Below, piece by piece: positions 1-13,182 of a DNA stretch of 64,000 nucleotides. A program made the translations under genes and the position numbers. The notes below the pieces were generated by a model, which saw only the letters and a list, made by a program, of their open reading frames with translations, was not told the DNA's origin and ran no database searches. Source of the DNA: Octopus vulgaris (Eukaryota); contig OX597843.1 of assembly GCA_951406725.2 (NCBI GenBank), positions 13,206,001 through 13,270,000 of the forward strand. Reading direction: 5' to 3'. Position 1 is the first letter of the stretch, and every line of letters begins with the position of its first letter.

Positions 1-300
1 CAAATCGCCCCCCACAGCTTATTCTTTGTAAACCTAGTACCTATTCTATCGTTCTCTTAAGCTGAACTGCTAAGTTACAGGGTTGTAAACACACCAACAT
101 CAGTTGTCAGGCAATGGCAGAGGGACAAATACAGACACACATGCATAAATACATATATGTATGACAGGCTTCTTTCAGTTTCCGTCAACCAAATCCACTC
201 AAAAGGCTTTGGTTGGCCCGAGGCTATAGTAGAAGACACTTGCCCAAGGTACCACACAGTGGGACAGAACCCAGAACCATGTGGTAGGAAAGCCAGCTTC
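1..300 (-). mobile_element. SINE family A (tRNA-derived head, CORE-like CCTTGGGCAAGT motif), partial
   Basis: Reverse complement of the family A copies at 634-1035 and 58051-58460. Confidence 0.85.
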
Positions 301-313
301 TTTCTATTGACAG

Positions 314-383
314 ACAACAAATATGAGACCTCAGACTAGGACAGATCCCACTAAGTGAACATGTAGATATTTATGCAAATAAA
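314..383 (+). other. Candidate exon 1 of an unidentified spliced transcript
   Basis: Unique sequence bounded by tttctattgacAG and AAA|GTAAGT; stops in all three frames, so UTR or non-coding if real. Confidence 0.45.
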
Positions 384-633
384 GTAAGTTACCCAAATTC
401 CAAGTTTTCCTGTTTTACTTTTGTTCAGTCAATACCACAGACCAAGCATGGATTAACAAATAATATATATTTATAGAAGAATACAAACCAAGACTAAATA
501 ACTATTAATGAACCACATTCACCAAAAACTATTCATACACAAACTTATTCTGCCATTTGACTGTCATGTGTAATAATTAGAAATAACACATTTCTAAATC
601 TCTCAAAGAGATTTATGCAGTAGCAGCATGATA

Positions 634-1035
634 GGCACTGGAGTGGCTGTGTGGTAAGTAGCTTGCTTACCAACCACATGGTTCTGGGTTCAGTCTCACT
701 GCAAGGCACCTTGGGCAAGTGTCTTCTACTATAGCGTCGGGGCGACCAAAGCTTTGTGAGTGGCTTTGGTAGACGGAAACTGAAAGAAACCCATCGTATA
801 TATGTATATGTGTATGTATATGTCTGTGTGTCTGTGTTTGTCCCCTCAACATCGCTTGACGACCGATGCTGGTGTGTTTATGTCTCCGTAACTTAGTGGT
901 TTAGCAAAAGAGACCGATAGAATAAGTACTAGGCTTGCAAAGAATAAGTCCTGGGGTCAGTTTGCTCAACTAAAGGTGGTGCTCCAGCATGGCCACAGTC
1001 AAATGATTGAAACCAGTAGCAGAGAGTAAAAGAGT
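634..1035 (+). mobile_element. SINE family A, full length
   Basis: A-box-like TGGCTGTGTGG, B-box-like GGTTCAGTC, CCTTGGGCAAGT core, internal TA/TG tract, 3' tail GGTGCTCCAGCATGGCC...GAAAC. Confidence 0.85.
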
Positions 1036-1144
1036 ATGTTGTCAAAAAGAGTATGAAACACCAACAGGAAACGGTGTTTCCTAGGGTTAAATAACGGTAG
1101 CATTCTTCCCTTTCATGGGACTGTCACATTAAGTTAACAACATA

Positions 1145-1660
1145 CTATCAAGTGTAATACTTATTTATTCAAATTGTTTTGAATTAATCATGCATTATCT
1201 TGTAGCTTTGAGATTTCAATAATGTGATTGTCCAGTTTTAGAATAACATTGTAGGATAGGTGTGAGCGGTCAGATACGGATGGCTTAATCCCTCAGTTTT
1301 CAGATCACTTTGTCGAATGTAATTCTTATCTATTCACATTGTTTTGAATTAATCATCCATTATCTCATAGCTTTGAGATGCTGATGTGATTGTTTATTTT
1401 TAGAATGACATTGTAGGGTAGGTGTGAGAGGCTGGATCTGGCCTTGTTTTAATTAATCCTGCATTATCTCATAGCTTTGAGATGTTGATGTGATTGTTTA
1501 TTTTTAGAATGACATTGTAGAGTAAGTGTGAAAGGTCGGATCTTGTCAGTTTGTGCATAGAACATGTAGAATATTTGGGCTGGATATTGCCGGCTTAACC
1601 CTTAATCATTCAGATTACTCTCCCTAATGTAATGCTTCTTTATCCCCATTATTTTGAATT
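1145..1660. repeat. Family F dispersed repeat in tandem copies (possible piggyBac-like MITE remnant)
   Basis: Recurring ttttgaattaatcatgcattatct...gacattgtagggtaggtgtgag units with TTAA(C/T)CCT junctions; another copy at 55150-55410. Confidence 0.55.
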
Positions 1661-1662
1661 AC

Positions 1663-2057
1663 TGTGGCTATGTGGTAAGTAGCTTGCTTACCAACCACAT
1701 GGTTCTGGGTTCAGTCCCACTGTGTGGCACCTTGGGCAAAGTGTCTTCTACTATAGCCTCAGGCTGACCAAAGCCTTGTGAGTGGATTTGGTAGACGGAA
1801 ACTGAAAGAAGCCTGTCATATATATGTATATGTATATATGTGTGTGTGTGTGTTTGTGTGTCTGTGTTTGTCCACCCAACATCATTTAACAACCGATGCC
1901 GGTGTGTTTACATCCCTATAACTTATCGGTTCAGCAAAAGAGACCAATAGAATAAGTTCTAGGCTTACAAAGAATATGTCCTGTGGTCGATTTGCTTGAC
2001 TAAAAGGTGGTGCTCCAGCATGGCTGCAGTCAAATGACTGAAACAAGTAAAAGAGTA
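1663..2057 (+). mobile_element. SINE family A
   Basis: Colinear with 634-1035. Confidence 0.85.
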
Positions 2058-2368
2058 TGTATAAAAAACCCTTTTTTCGTCAAAAATTAACTCGACTGCT
2101 CTCACAAATGAGAATACTAAAAATGAACCTGACCACTCTCAAGTATTAAGTAAAAAACAGGAAAAATAATCCAAAATCCTGGTCCGGTACCAAACTGATC
2201 CCAAAATGTAATCAGTTTGTGCCAGTCACGAGGCCAAACATGCCTGAAAGTTTCATTCGCATCCATCCAGTGGTTCTTGAGATATTTTGTCTAAGGACAA
2301 ACAAACAAAGAAACAAACATGATTGAAAACAATACCTTCGCCTTCTCACTATAATAATAATAATAATA

Positions 2369-2925
2369 AATGCCCTGATGCAGTACCAGGCAGTGGCTCT
2401 CATGGCTTCTGATCTTAACTGATTGGAAGTGTTATCATGTACTTTGTTTTGTCTTGGTATAAAAGATGGTCTACAGCAAATATTCTGCTCAATACCACAG
2501 ATTTGCTTGTCAGTTGTTTGACCTTAACCAGTTGAGCATGTCCCTTAGTGGCTGACGATATGTGCATCTCTGATTACGAGCAGAAGTAGTGGGGGAGCAT
2601 CACAGCCGTGTGTTGAGAGGGATTCTTTAGGGTTTAAATAATTCACCTCTGGAAACATGGGAGGTTCTTTCAACATCCTTAAACAACCCTTATTCATGGA
2701 CCTTTTGAGCGGGATGGGCTACTCAACCTGAAGGAAATTCTAACTGGGCTCCACCTGCAAGGTCATGTGCTGTTTATCTTGATATGAAATCACCATGTCA
2801 CGCACATATGGTTGTGATGCATGTGTCTGGTGTACCCTTATCAGACGGGTAGTCATGATGGGTATATTGGGCTTTGTATATTGTACCCCAGTGTCACTTT
2901 GATGGCATGCACTGCTCTCTCATTC
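2369..2925 (+). mobile_element. Family D ~560-bp retroposon-like element inserted in (TAA)n
   Basis: Flanked by (TAA)n; highly similar copies at 59690-60242 (+) and 24606-24900 (-, partial). Confidence 0.75.
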
Positions 2926-2967
<42 letters not shown>

Positions 2968-2972
<5 letters not shown>

Positions 2973-3328
2973 GAGCACTCAGAGAGCACAAACCTCTGCC
3001 AAGGCAACACCAACGTCCTCTCATTGATTAGCCAGAGATGATTTTTTGAAATGAGAACATCTGAAATAAACTCGACTGATCTCACAAATGAGAATACTAA
3101 AAATGAACCTGACTGCTCTCAGAAATAAAGTTAAAAAACAGGGAAAATAATCCAGAATCTTTGTCTGGTACTAGATTGATCCCAAAATCTAATCAGTTTG
3201 TGCCAGTCATGAGGCCTAACATCCCTGAAAGTTTCATCCAAATCCATCCAGTGGTTCTTGAGATATCTTGTCAACGGACAAACAAACAAACACGACTGAA
3301 AATAATACCTCCAGGCGTGGGTAATAAA
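2968..3328. mobile_element. Family H non-autonomous element (Helentron/DINE-1-like)
   Basis: aacaagagcactcagagagc...acctctgccaagg start, internal (AAAC)n, end aataatacctcc...ggtaataa; partial copies at 2085-2345 and 24435-24598 (inverted). Confidence 0.55.
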
Positions 3329-3341
3329 GTGGAAGTATATA

Positions 3342-4345
3342 GGCACAGGAGTGGCTGTGTGGTAAGTAGCTTGCTAACCAACCACATGGTTCCGGGTTCA
3401 GTACCACTGCGTGGCACCTTGGGCAAGTGTCTTCTGCTATAGCCACGGGCCGACCAAAGCCTTGTGAGTGGATTTGGTAGACAGAAACTGAAAGAAGCCT
3501 GTCGTATATATGTATATATATATGTATGTATATATATAGGTGCAGGAGTGGCTGTGTGGTAAGTAGCTTGCTAACCAACCTCATGGTTCCGGGTTCAGCC
3601 CCACTGCGTGGCACCTTGGGCAAGTGTCTTCTGCTATAGCCACGGGCCGACCAAAGCCTTGTGAGTGGATTTGGTAGACAGAAACTGAAAGAAGCCTGTC
3701 GTATATATGTATATATATATGTATGTATATATATAGGCGCAGGAGTGGCTGTGTGGTAAGTAGCTTGCTAACCAACCACATGGTTCCGGGTTCAGTCCCA
3801 CTGCGTGGCACCTTGGGCAAGTGTCTTCTGCTATAGTCACGGGCCGACCAAAGCCTTGTGAGTGGATTTGGTAGACAGAAACTGAAAGAAGCCTGTCGTA
3901 TATATGTATATATATATGTATGTATATATATAGGCACAGGAGTGGCTGTGTTGTAAGTAGCTTGCTAACCAACCACATGGTTCCGGGCTCAGTCCTACTG
4001 CGTGGCACCTTGGGCAAGTGTCTTCTGCTATAGTCACGGGCCGACCAAAGCCTTGTGAGTGGATTTGGTAGACAGAAACTGAAAGAAGCCTGTCGTATAT
4101 ATGTATATATATATATATATGTATGTGTATATGTCCGTGTGTCTGTGTTTGTCCCCCTAGCATTGCTTGACAACCGATGCTGGTGTGTTTACGTCCCCGT
4201 TACTTAGCGGTTTGGCAAAAGAGACCGATAGAATAAGTACTGGGCTTGCAAGGAATAAGTCCCGGGGTCGATTTGCTCGACTAAAAGGCGGTGCTCCAGC
4301 ATGGCCGCAGTCAAATGACTGAAACAAGTAAGAGAGTAAGAGAGA
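3342..4345 (+). mobile_element. SINE family A with four tandem heads
   Basis: Heads start at 3342, 3539, 3736 and 3933 (period 197), followed by one tail. Confidence 0.9.
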
Positions 4346-4633
4346 GAGATACAAAAATAAGCATTATTTTCCGTCTTACATTTAGCTCTGAAAAATAAAA
4401 ATTTATTTTATGATTTATCATTGTTTTAAATTTTGAATTACATATGTACAGTGGGGAGCATCGAACTCTTTTAAGTGCTTAGGGCCTCTATGGGGTCTTA
4501 ATCCGGGAGGTGGGGCCTGCACGCACACACACACACACACACACACACATACATATGAACACACATATACCAGAGTTGGTCGGTGGAGCACCAGACAAAG
4601 CACTTGGCATCACAACAGGAGTACAGAACTACA

Positions 4634-4880
4634 TCACCAACACCACCACCACCACCACCACCACTACCACCACCACCACCACCACCACCACCACCACCAC
4701 CACCACCACCACTACAACCACCATCCACTACCACCACCACCACTACCACCACCATCCACTACCACCACCACCACCACCACCACACCACCACCATCCCCAC
4801 CACCACCACCACCACTATCCACTACCACCACCACCACCACCATCACCACCAGCCTCTCCCCACCCCCTCCACCCACCCTC
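4634..4880. repeat. (CCA)n microsatellite
   Basis: Direct reading. Confidence 0.95.
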
Positions 4881-4944
4881 CATCACCTTATTCTTTGCTC
4901 CAGTTTTAACATTTCTTTCTCCAATATTTCTTTAATTTTCACAG

Positions 4945-4974
4945 ACAATGGATGCTCTGGAACAATGGGAATTG
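4945..4974 (+). other. Candidate exon 2 (30 nt)
   Basis: Acceptor ttctttaattttcacAG, donor TTG|GTGTGA; unique island between two microsatellites. Confidence 0.45.
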
Positions 4975-5054
4975 GTGTGAAGTTTTGGCGGGGCAGGGCA
5001 GGGCGCAGGCAAAGAGAGGGGCAGCTAACGTGGGGGAGGTGCTATTGATGGGGG

Positions 5055-6712
5055 TGGGGTGGTGGTGTAGCATGAGGTGTGAAGATTTGGTGGTAGCTTG
5101 TGGTGGTGGTGATGTTGTTGGTGGTGGTGGTGTTGATGGTAACAATGGCAGCAGTGGTGGTGGTGGTAGTGGTGGGAGGGTGATGATAGTGGTGGTGGTG
5201 GTAGTGGTGGGAGGGTGATGGTAGTGGATGGTGGTGGTAGTGGTGGTGGTGGTAGTGGTGGTGGTGGTAGTGGTGGTGGTATTGGTGAGTGGTGGTGGTA
5301 GTGGTGGGTGGTGGTGGTAGTAATGGGTGGTGGTAGTGGTGGTGGTAATGGTGGATAGTGGTGGGTGGTGGGAGGGTGATGATAGTGGTGGTGGTGGATG
5401 GTGGTGGTAGTGGTGGATGGTGGTGGGCAGTGGATGGTGATGATAGTGGTGGTGGTGATGGTGGTGGTGGCGGTGCTGGGGGTAGTGGTGGTAGTGGTGA
5501 GTGGTGGTGGTAGTGGTGGGTGGTGGTGGTAGTGGTGAGTGGTGGTGGTGGTAGTGGTGAGTGGTGGTGGTGGTAGTGGTGAGTGGTGGGTGGTGGTAGT
5601 GGTGGGTGGTGGTGGTTGTAGTGGTGGCAGCAGTGGTGATGCAGTGTATGATATTGCATATGTGTGGTGTGAAAATTGGAGTTGTGTGTGTGTGTGGTTG
5701 GTGTATATGCACATGGTGTGATGGTGAGAGTGTGTGCATGTGGTATAGTGTGTATGTGTGTATTGTGTGTGTTGTGTGTTGTGCTATATATATATATATA
5801 CATATTTGTATGTATGTATGTGTGTACATTTGTGCATGTGTCTGCATTTGTATGTGTGTATGCTATGCTTGTGTGTGTGTATGCCAATGTGTTAGAATAA
5901 ATGTTTGCGTGTGTGTGTGTGTATGCATGTGTGTGTATGCCAAGATTTTGTACATGTTTTCATTGTGTATGTATGCATGTATGAGTGTGTATACATGTAT
6001 GAGTGTGTGTGCATATATATGTGTGTATGTATGTATGTCTGTGTTTGTATGCATGTATATGTGTGTTTGCATGTATGTAGGTTTGTATGCATGTATGTAT
6101 GTGTATATGCATGTATATGTGTGCATGAATGCACACGTGCGTGAGCCATTTTTGGCATATATATGCTTGTATGTGTGTGCACACGTGTGTGTGTATGTGT
6201 GTTTGTGTATGTGTGCATGTATGAGTGTGTGTGCATATATATAAGTGTATGCACATATATGTGTGTATGCATGTACGTCTGTGTTTGTATGCATGTGTGT
6301 GTGTTTATGCATGTATGTGTGTGTGAGTGTGTGTACCAAATCTTTTGTCGCACACAAACACGTTTGCATGTGTGTGTGCATGTGTGTGTAAGCATGCATG
6401 CATATATGCATGTGTGTATGTATGCATGTGTATGTGTGCATGTGTATGTACGTGTGTATGTGTGCATGTAACATGCATATGTGTGTGTGTCTATCAATGC
6501 ATGCATATGCGTGCATATGTGCATGTATACACATGCTTGTGTGTGAGTGCCTGTATTTGTGTATATGTATCATGTATGTATATGTGTGCATGAATGCACA
6601 CGTGCGTGAGCCATTTTTGGCATATATATGCTTGTATGTGTGTGCACACGTGTGTGTGTGTGTGTGTTTGTGTGTGTGTGTATGTGTGTTTGTGTGTGTG
6701 TATGTGTGTGTG
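5055..6712. repeat. (GGT)n then (TG/TATG)n degenerate microsatellites
   Basis: Direct reading. Confidence 0.95.
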
Positions 6713-6802
6713 ATGCTTTTGGTGCCAGCATGAATAAGGACCAAGAAACTCACAAATCGAGCCCCTTCAGCTTAGTAAACGGTAAACATCACCCTTCTCA
6801 AT

Positions 6803-7388
6803 CCTAGCCAGGCCCATGGGTCCGGTTTCCTGGTTTCTATGGTGTATGTGTTCCCCCCAGCTGGACGGGATGCCAGTCCATCGCAGCTTTACTCAAGAAA
6901 CAGGAAGAGAGAGTGAGAGAAAGTTGGGGCGAAAGAGTACAACAGGGGTCGCCACCATCCCCTGCCGGAGCCTCGTGGAACTTTTCGTTCAATAAACACA
7001 CACAACACCCGGTCTAAGAATCAAAACTGCAATCCTTCGACCACGAGTCCGCTGCCCTAATCACTGGGCCATTGCACCTCCACTGTACACTTTTAAAGCC
7101 TAGCCAGGCTCATGGGCCCAGTTTCCTAGTTTCAATGGCATATGTGTTCCCCCCAGCTGGACGGGACGCCAGTCCATCACAGCATTACTCAAGAAACAGG
7201 AAGAGAGAGTGAGAGAAAGTTGGGGCGAAAGAGTACAACAGGGGTCGCCACCATCCCCTGCCGGAGCAACGTGGAGCTTTTAGGTGTTTTCGTTCAATAA
7301 ACACACACAACGCCCAGTCTAGGAATCGAAACTGTGATCCTCTGACTGTGAGTCTGCTGCCCTGACCACTGGGCCATTGCACCTCCAC
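6803..7388 (-). mobile_element. Two tandem copies of SINE family E (tRNA-like head plus V-SINE-like body)
   Basis: Minus-strand head GTGGAGGTGCAATGGCCCAGTG...; body with GATGGACTGGC(G/A)TCCCGTCCAG. Confidence 0.8.
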
Positions 7389-7639
7389 CCTTCGGCTTAG
7401 TAGTCTTGTAATAAAGAGGGAGTTGACCGTGTACCAGATTCTGTGGATGCCAAACTATGACCGGGACACAGGAGGCGGATTTCTTGCTGTCCCACTGTGC
7501 TATAAAGGGGATACAAAGCAACCTCCTACCCCCCTACCCAGCTTCAGAGACAGAACAGACAGTTGCATTTGGTACAAGAAGATGAACATAAGAGAGAATG
7601 AGGCCTGAGAAACAGATTGGTTGGATGGATAGGTTTGGA

Positions 7640-8055
7640 AGGCGGCGAGCTGGCAGAATCGTTAGCACGTCAGGCGAAATGCGTAGCCGTATTTCGTCTG
7701 CCGCTACGTTCTGAGTTCAAATTCCGCCGAGGTCGACTTTGCCTTTCATCCTTTCGGGGTCGATAAATTAAGTACCAGTTACGCACTGGGGTCGATGTAA
7801 TCGACTTAATACCTATGTTTGTCCTTGTTTGTCCCCTCTTTGTTTAGCCCCTTGTGGGTAATAAAGAAATAGGTATTTCAGCTGCCGTTATGTTGTGAGT
7901 TCAAATTCCGCTGAGGTCGACTTTGCCTTTCATCCTTTCGGGGTCAATAAATTAAGTACCAGTTACGCACTGGGGTCGATGTAATCGACTTAATACCTAT
8001 GTCTGTCCTTGTTTGTCCCCTCTGTGTTTAGCCCCTTGTAGGTAGTAAGGAAATA
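7640..8055 (+). mobile_element. SINE family B with duplicated 3' part
   Basis: GGCGGCGAGCTGGCAGAATCGTTAGC head, GAGTTCAAATTC B box, central GCCTTTCATCCTTTCGGGGTCGATAAATTAAGTACC (resembles the Meta-SINE domain, from memory), tail ...GCCCCTTGTGGGTAATAAAGAAATA. Confidence 0.85.
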
Positions 8056-8071
8056 GGATAGGTTTGGAAGT

Positions 8072-8250
8072 GTGTGCCGGTGGCACATAAAAAGCACCAA
8101 CAACACTCTCAGAGTGGTTGGCATTAGGAAAGGCATCCAGAAAGAGAAACCTTGTCAAATTGGATTGGAACTTGGTGCAGCCCCACCAACTTATCAGTTT
8201 TCAGTCAACCTGTCCAACTCATGCCAGCATGGAAAGCGGGCATTAAACAT

Positions 8251-8278
<28 letters not shown>
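8072..8278 (+). mobile_element. Family C SINE-like repeat, 3' part with (GAT)n tail
   Basis: GTGCCGGTGGCAC...GGTTGGCATTAGGAAAGGCATCCAG...(GAT)n; further copies at 10312-10560, 25013-25480, 39885-40300, 46134-46462. Confidence 0.75.
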
Positions 8279-8281
<3 letters not shown>

Positions 8282-8934
8282 TACAGATGGACAAAATTTT
8301 GTCAAACATGCTAACAATTCTGCCAGCTCACTGCATTAATAATCCTTTCCCTTATAGGCACAATGCCTGAAATTTTTTGAGGAGGGGTAAGTCAATTACA
8401 TCAACCCCAGTGTGTAACTGGTACTTATTTCCCTGACTCCGAAAGGATAAAATGCAAAATCGACCTCAGCAGAATTTGAACTCGGGACATATTGATGGAT
8501 GAAATGCAGCTGAGAATTTTGTCTGGTGTGCTAATGATTCTGCCAGCTTGCTGCCTTTGAAATAAAGCACTAGAAGAGAATAGGGTTCAACTGTAATGCT
8601 TAAATTGAAATCAATGATGGAAAAAAGATAATGTCGTACAGCTTCACTAAATCACACTTGAAAATTATTAAAATTTCTGTTTATTTTTAAAATTAAAATG
8701 CTACAATGTTGAATCATATTTTAAAAGGCAAAGAAATTCTACAGAATTTTAAAAATATGATTCACGTTTTGTTGCGTAAGCATTAATTATGTTGATATTA
8801 TCTCAACTTAAATGTATTTCCAGTCAAACCTGATATAATCTTTAGACACTAAATAGCTAAGCGTAATTAGTTTTGCCCATTAAATTATTGAAAGATTGCA
8901 TAATGGACAATTAATGCAGTTTCAACTTTTGTAG

Positions 8935-8993
8935 GAGCAGGAGAAAATGGATGCAGGCAGCTGCTGAAGATTGTGACAATGGAATATTTGCAG
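8935..8993 (+). other. Candidate exon 3 (59 nt)
   Basis: Acceptor tttcaacttttgtAG, donor CAG|GTTTTT; GC-richer island in AT-rich unique DNA. Confidence 0.5.
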
Positions 8994-9162
8994 GTTTTTG
9001 GAGGGAAATTATTTGAATAATGGAAGTTAATTTAACACAATTCATATTTAATAAGAAAAGTATTTGAAATAAAATGTCTAGCAATCCATGGTCTTATATT
9101 AGAAATAAAAGGAGCATTAATGCAAATAGTTTGTACATTTTTTATTTTGCTAAGTCTGAGAA

Positions 9163-9177
9163 TTATTATCATTATTA

Positions 9178-9208
<31 letters not shown>

Positions 9209-9452
9209 TATTATCATTATTATTATTATTATCATCATTATTATTATCATCATTATTATTATTATCATTATTATTACTATTATTATCATTATTATTATTA
9301 TTATCATTATTATTATCATCATCATCATCATCATTATTATCATTATTATTATCATCATCATCATCATCATTATTATCATTATTATTATTATTATCATTAT
9401 TATTGTTGTTATTATTATTATCATTATTATTATTGTTATTATTATTATCATT

Positions 9453-9487
<35 letters not shown>

Positions 9488-9705
9488 TATTATTATTATC
9501 GTTATTATTATTATTATCATTATTATTATTGTTATTATTATCATCATTATTATCGTTATTATTATTATTATTATCATTATTATTATCGTTATTATTATTA
9601 TTATTATCGTTATTATTATTATTATTATTCAAGTCACTACCTGGAATCAAACTCTGAATCTCGGGGTTAGTAACCTGCACTCTTAACCACTACATCATAT
9701 GCCTG
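9163..9705 (-). mobile_element. tRNA-like head followed by an expanded (AAT/GAT)n tract
   Basis: Minus strand GGCATATGATGTAGTGGTTAAGAGTGCAGG...GAGTTTGATTCCAGGTAGTGACTTGAATAATAAT is homologous to the head at 44565-44875. Confidence 0.7.
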
Positions 9706-9827
9706 TATTTATATTTATATTATTTTAGCTCCATTGCCTTAAATTTTTAGTCCCCTTTATTATGTATGAATTTATTCCATACATTTTTCTTCAGTCGACT
9801 TCACTCGTATTACCCTTTTAGGATTTA

Positions 9828-10223
9828 CAAGCAGTATCGCCCGGCATTGATCGGGTTTGTAAGGGAAATAACTATATAAGCATTTTTAGAGTTATAGCCA
9901 AAAAATAGCCAAAAAATGCATTAAAAATGGAAAAAAAATGATGGTAAATTTTTTTTTAAATCGTTGACTCATCGTAGACATTTTTAGAGAGTTACTTCCC
10001 TTATATAATAGCGAATAAAATGCATTAAAATGGGAAAAAATGAAGGTAAATTTTTTTTTAAATCGTAGACTCATCGTAGACGTGCGCTAATACCCAGAAG
10101 GGCTCGATATGAATCACAACTATAAGATACCCGGTTTTGGTTACACTGCACCGCAAAATGTGGGAGTAGTTAGAATTTAAATCGAAGGGGACAGACACAC
10201 AACTTCACTTTTATATATAAAGA
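9828..10223 (-). mobile_element. Non-autonomous Helitron
   Basis: Minus strand begins A|TCTTTATATATAAAAG, ends with hairpin CCCGATCAATGCCGGG and CTTG|T (degenerate CTAG); AT target site. Confidence 0.7.
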
Positions 10224-10559
10224 TTACCTGTTATTCGTGTATATGTGTATATTTTATACTGTGGAGGCAGAATGGCCCAGTGGTTAGGGCAGCGGACTCG
10301 CGGTTATAGGATCATCATCATCCTCGTTTAATGTCCGCTTTCCATGCTAGCACGGGTTGGACGATTTTGACTGAGGACTGGCGAACCAGATGGCTGCACT
10401 AGGATCCAGTCTCAATCTGACAGAGTTTCTACAGCTGGATGCCCTTCCTAACGCCAACCACTCCGTGAGTGTAGTGGGTGCTTTTTACGTGCCACCTGCA
10501 CGGGGGCCAGTCAGGTGGAACTGGCAACGACCTCGCTTGAATCTTTTTACACGTGCCAC

Positions 10560-10912
10560 TGTGGTTGTGGTTATGATGATGGTAGTGGTGGTTGTGGTTG
10601 TGGTAGTGCTCGTCGTAGTGATTGTAGTGGTGGTGGTTGTGGTGGTTGTGGTGATTGTGGTTGTAGTTGTGATTACTGTGGTGGTTGTGGTGATTGTGGT
10701 GGTGGTAGTGGTGGTTTGTGGCGATCGTGTTGGTCATAGTTGAGGTGCTTGTTGTAGTGGTGGTGTTGGTGGAAGTAGCAGTAGCGGTGATGGTGGCAGT
10801 TTCGGTGGTAGTAGTGATGTTATCAGAGATGTTGGTTAGGGCTGTGGTGTTAGTGATGACTTGATGATGGTACCAGCAGCAGCAGCAGTAACAGTAGCAG
10901 TAGTAGTAGTAA

Positions 10913-10968
<56 letters not shown>

Positions 10969-11823
10969 ATAGTAGTTGTAGTAGTAGTAGTAGTAGTAAT
11001 AGTAGTAATAGTAGTTGTAGTAGTAGTAGTAGTAGTAGTAGTAGAAACTGTTACTACTCTTGCAGTAACAGTAGTAGTAATAGTAGTAGTAGTAGTAGTA
11101 GTAGTGGTAGTAGTAGCCAAAGCCACAGTACTACCACCATCTCCCTCCACCTCCACCACCATCTCCCTCCACCTCCACCACCATCTCCCTCCACCTCCAC
11201 CACCATCTCCCTCCATCACCACCATCTCCCTCCACCTCCACCACCATCTCCCTCCACCTCCCTCCACCACCACCATCTCCCTCCACCTCCACCACCATCT
11301 CCCTCCTCCACCACCACCATCTCCCTCCACCACCACCATCTCCCTCCACCTCCACCACCATCTCCACCACCACCACCACCATCTCCCTCCACCTCCACCA
11401 CCATCTCCCTCCACCACCACCATCTCCCTCCACCAGCACCATCTCCCTCCACCTCCACCACCATCTCCCTCCACCACCATCTCCCTCCACCACCACCATC
11501 TCCCTCCACCTCCACCACCATCTCCCTCCACCACCACCATCTCCCTCCACCTCCACCACCATCTCCCTCCACCTCCACCACCATCTTCCTCCACCACCAC
11601 CATCTCCCTCCACCTCCACCACCATCTCCCTCCACCACCATCTCCCTCCACCTCCATCTCCCTCCACCTCCACCACCATCTCCCTCCACCTCCACCACCA
11701 TCTCCCTCCACCTCCACCACCATCTCCCTCCACCTCCACCACCATCTCCCTCCACCACCACCACCATCTCCCTCCACCTCCACCACCACCACCATCTCCC
11801 TCCACCTCCACCATCTCCCTCCA
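10560..11823. repeat. (GGT/GTA)n microsatellite then a CCACCATCTCCCTCCACCT-type minisatellite (11131-11823)
   Basis: Direct reading. Confidence 0.95.
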
Positions 11824-12378
11824 TATTCTGTGACAAATTCACCAAGAATTTTGCCAGAAACAATTTAACAAATATTTTTTTTTTTTGTATATTTTTCTTC
11901 ATTTTTTTTTTGTTGTTGTCGTCTCTTTTTATTTGTTTGTTTGTTTTTTTTAATTTATTATTTTCTTGTCTTGTGTTGTTTTTTCTTGTTTTTTTTTTGT
12001 TGTCTCTTTTCGTTTGTTTGTTTGTTTTTTTTAATTTATTATTTTCTTGTCTTGTGTTGTTTTTTCTTGTTTTTTTTTTTTTGTTTCTTCTAAATTTTAT
12101 TTACTTTTCAGCCTCGTTTTTCCAATTTACTGTTGACGGTGGCGGCGGCGACGGCACGGCGGCAGCGGTGGCTGCAGTGGTCATGCACCTTATTTTCGTT
12201 GTTTTTGTTGTTGCTGCTGCTGCTGCTGCTGTTGTTGTTGTTGTTGTTCTCGTTCTTGTTGTTGTAGTCATTGTCTTTATTTATTTATTTATTTATTTAT
12301 TTATTTCCGGATCTGAGACAATTAAGTCAACTTTTTAAAATCTTTTTTTTACGTAATAAATTCTTGCTGCTGGTGTTA

Positions 12379-13182
12379 ACTACTACTACTACTATTACTA
12401 CTACTACTATTACTACTACTACTATTACTACTACTACTATTATTATTACTACTACTACTACTACTACTACTATTACTACTACTACTACTACTACTACTAT
12501 TACTACTACTACTACTACTACTATTACTACTACTATTACTACTACTATTACTACTACTACTACTACTACTACTGCTGCAGCTGCTGCTACTGCTACAACA
12601 ACTATTAGTATTACCACCACCACCACCACTACTACTGCTACAACAACTATTAGTACTACAACTACCACCATCATCACCATCATCACCACCACCACCACCA
12701 CTACTACAAACATTAACACCACTACTACTTCTACAATTGCCATAACCAACACCACCACCGCCACCACCACGACAACAACTACAACCACCACCACATCCAT
12801 CACAACCGCCACAACCACCACCACCACCACCACCACATCCATCACAACTGCCACAACCCCAACCACCATCACCACCACCACCACAACCACCACCGCCACC
12901 ACCATAACCTCCATCACAGCTACAAGCATCACAACCACCGCCACCCTCACAACTCACCCCACCAACATCACCACCACCACCACAACAACTACAACCACCA
13001 CCACATCCATCACAACCGCCACAACCACCACCACCACCACATCTATCACAACTGCCACAACCCCAACCACCATCACCACCACCACTACCACAACTGCCAC
13101 CACCACCATAACCTCCACCACAACTACAAGCATCACAACCACCGCCACCCTCACAACTCACCCCACCACCACCACCACCACT
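12379..13182. repeat. (ACT)n/(ACC)n degenerate microsatellite
   Basis: Direct reading. Confidence 0.95.

Noticed and set aside
3161-4173. Recurrent peptides such as IYDRLLSVSVYQIHSQGFGRP..EDTCPRCHAVGLNPEPCGW
   Set aside because: Antisense translation of SINE A copies, not a gene family
12095-12150. Strong acceptor ttttatttacttttcAG
   Set aside because: No convincing donor; runs into low-complexity sequence
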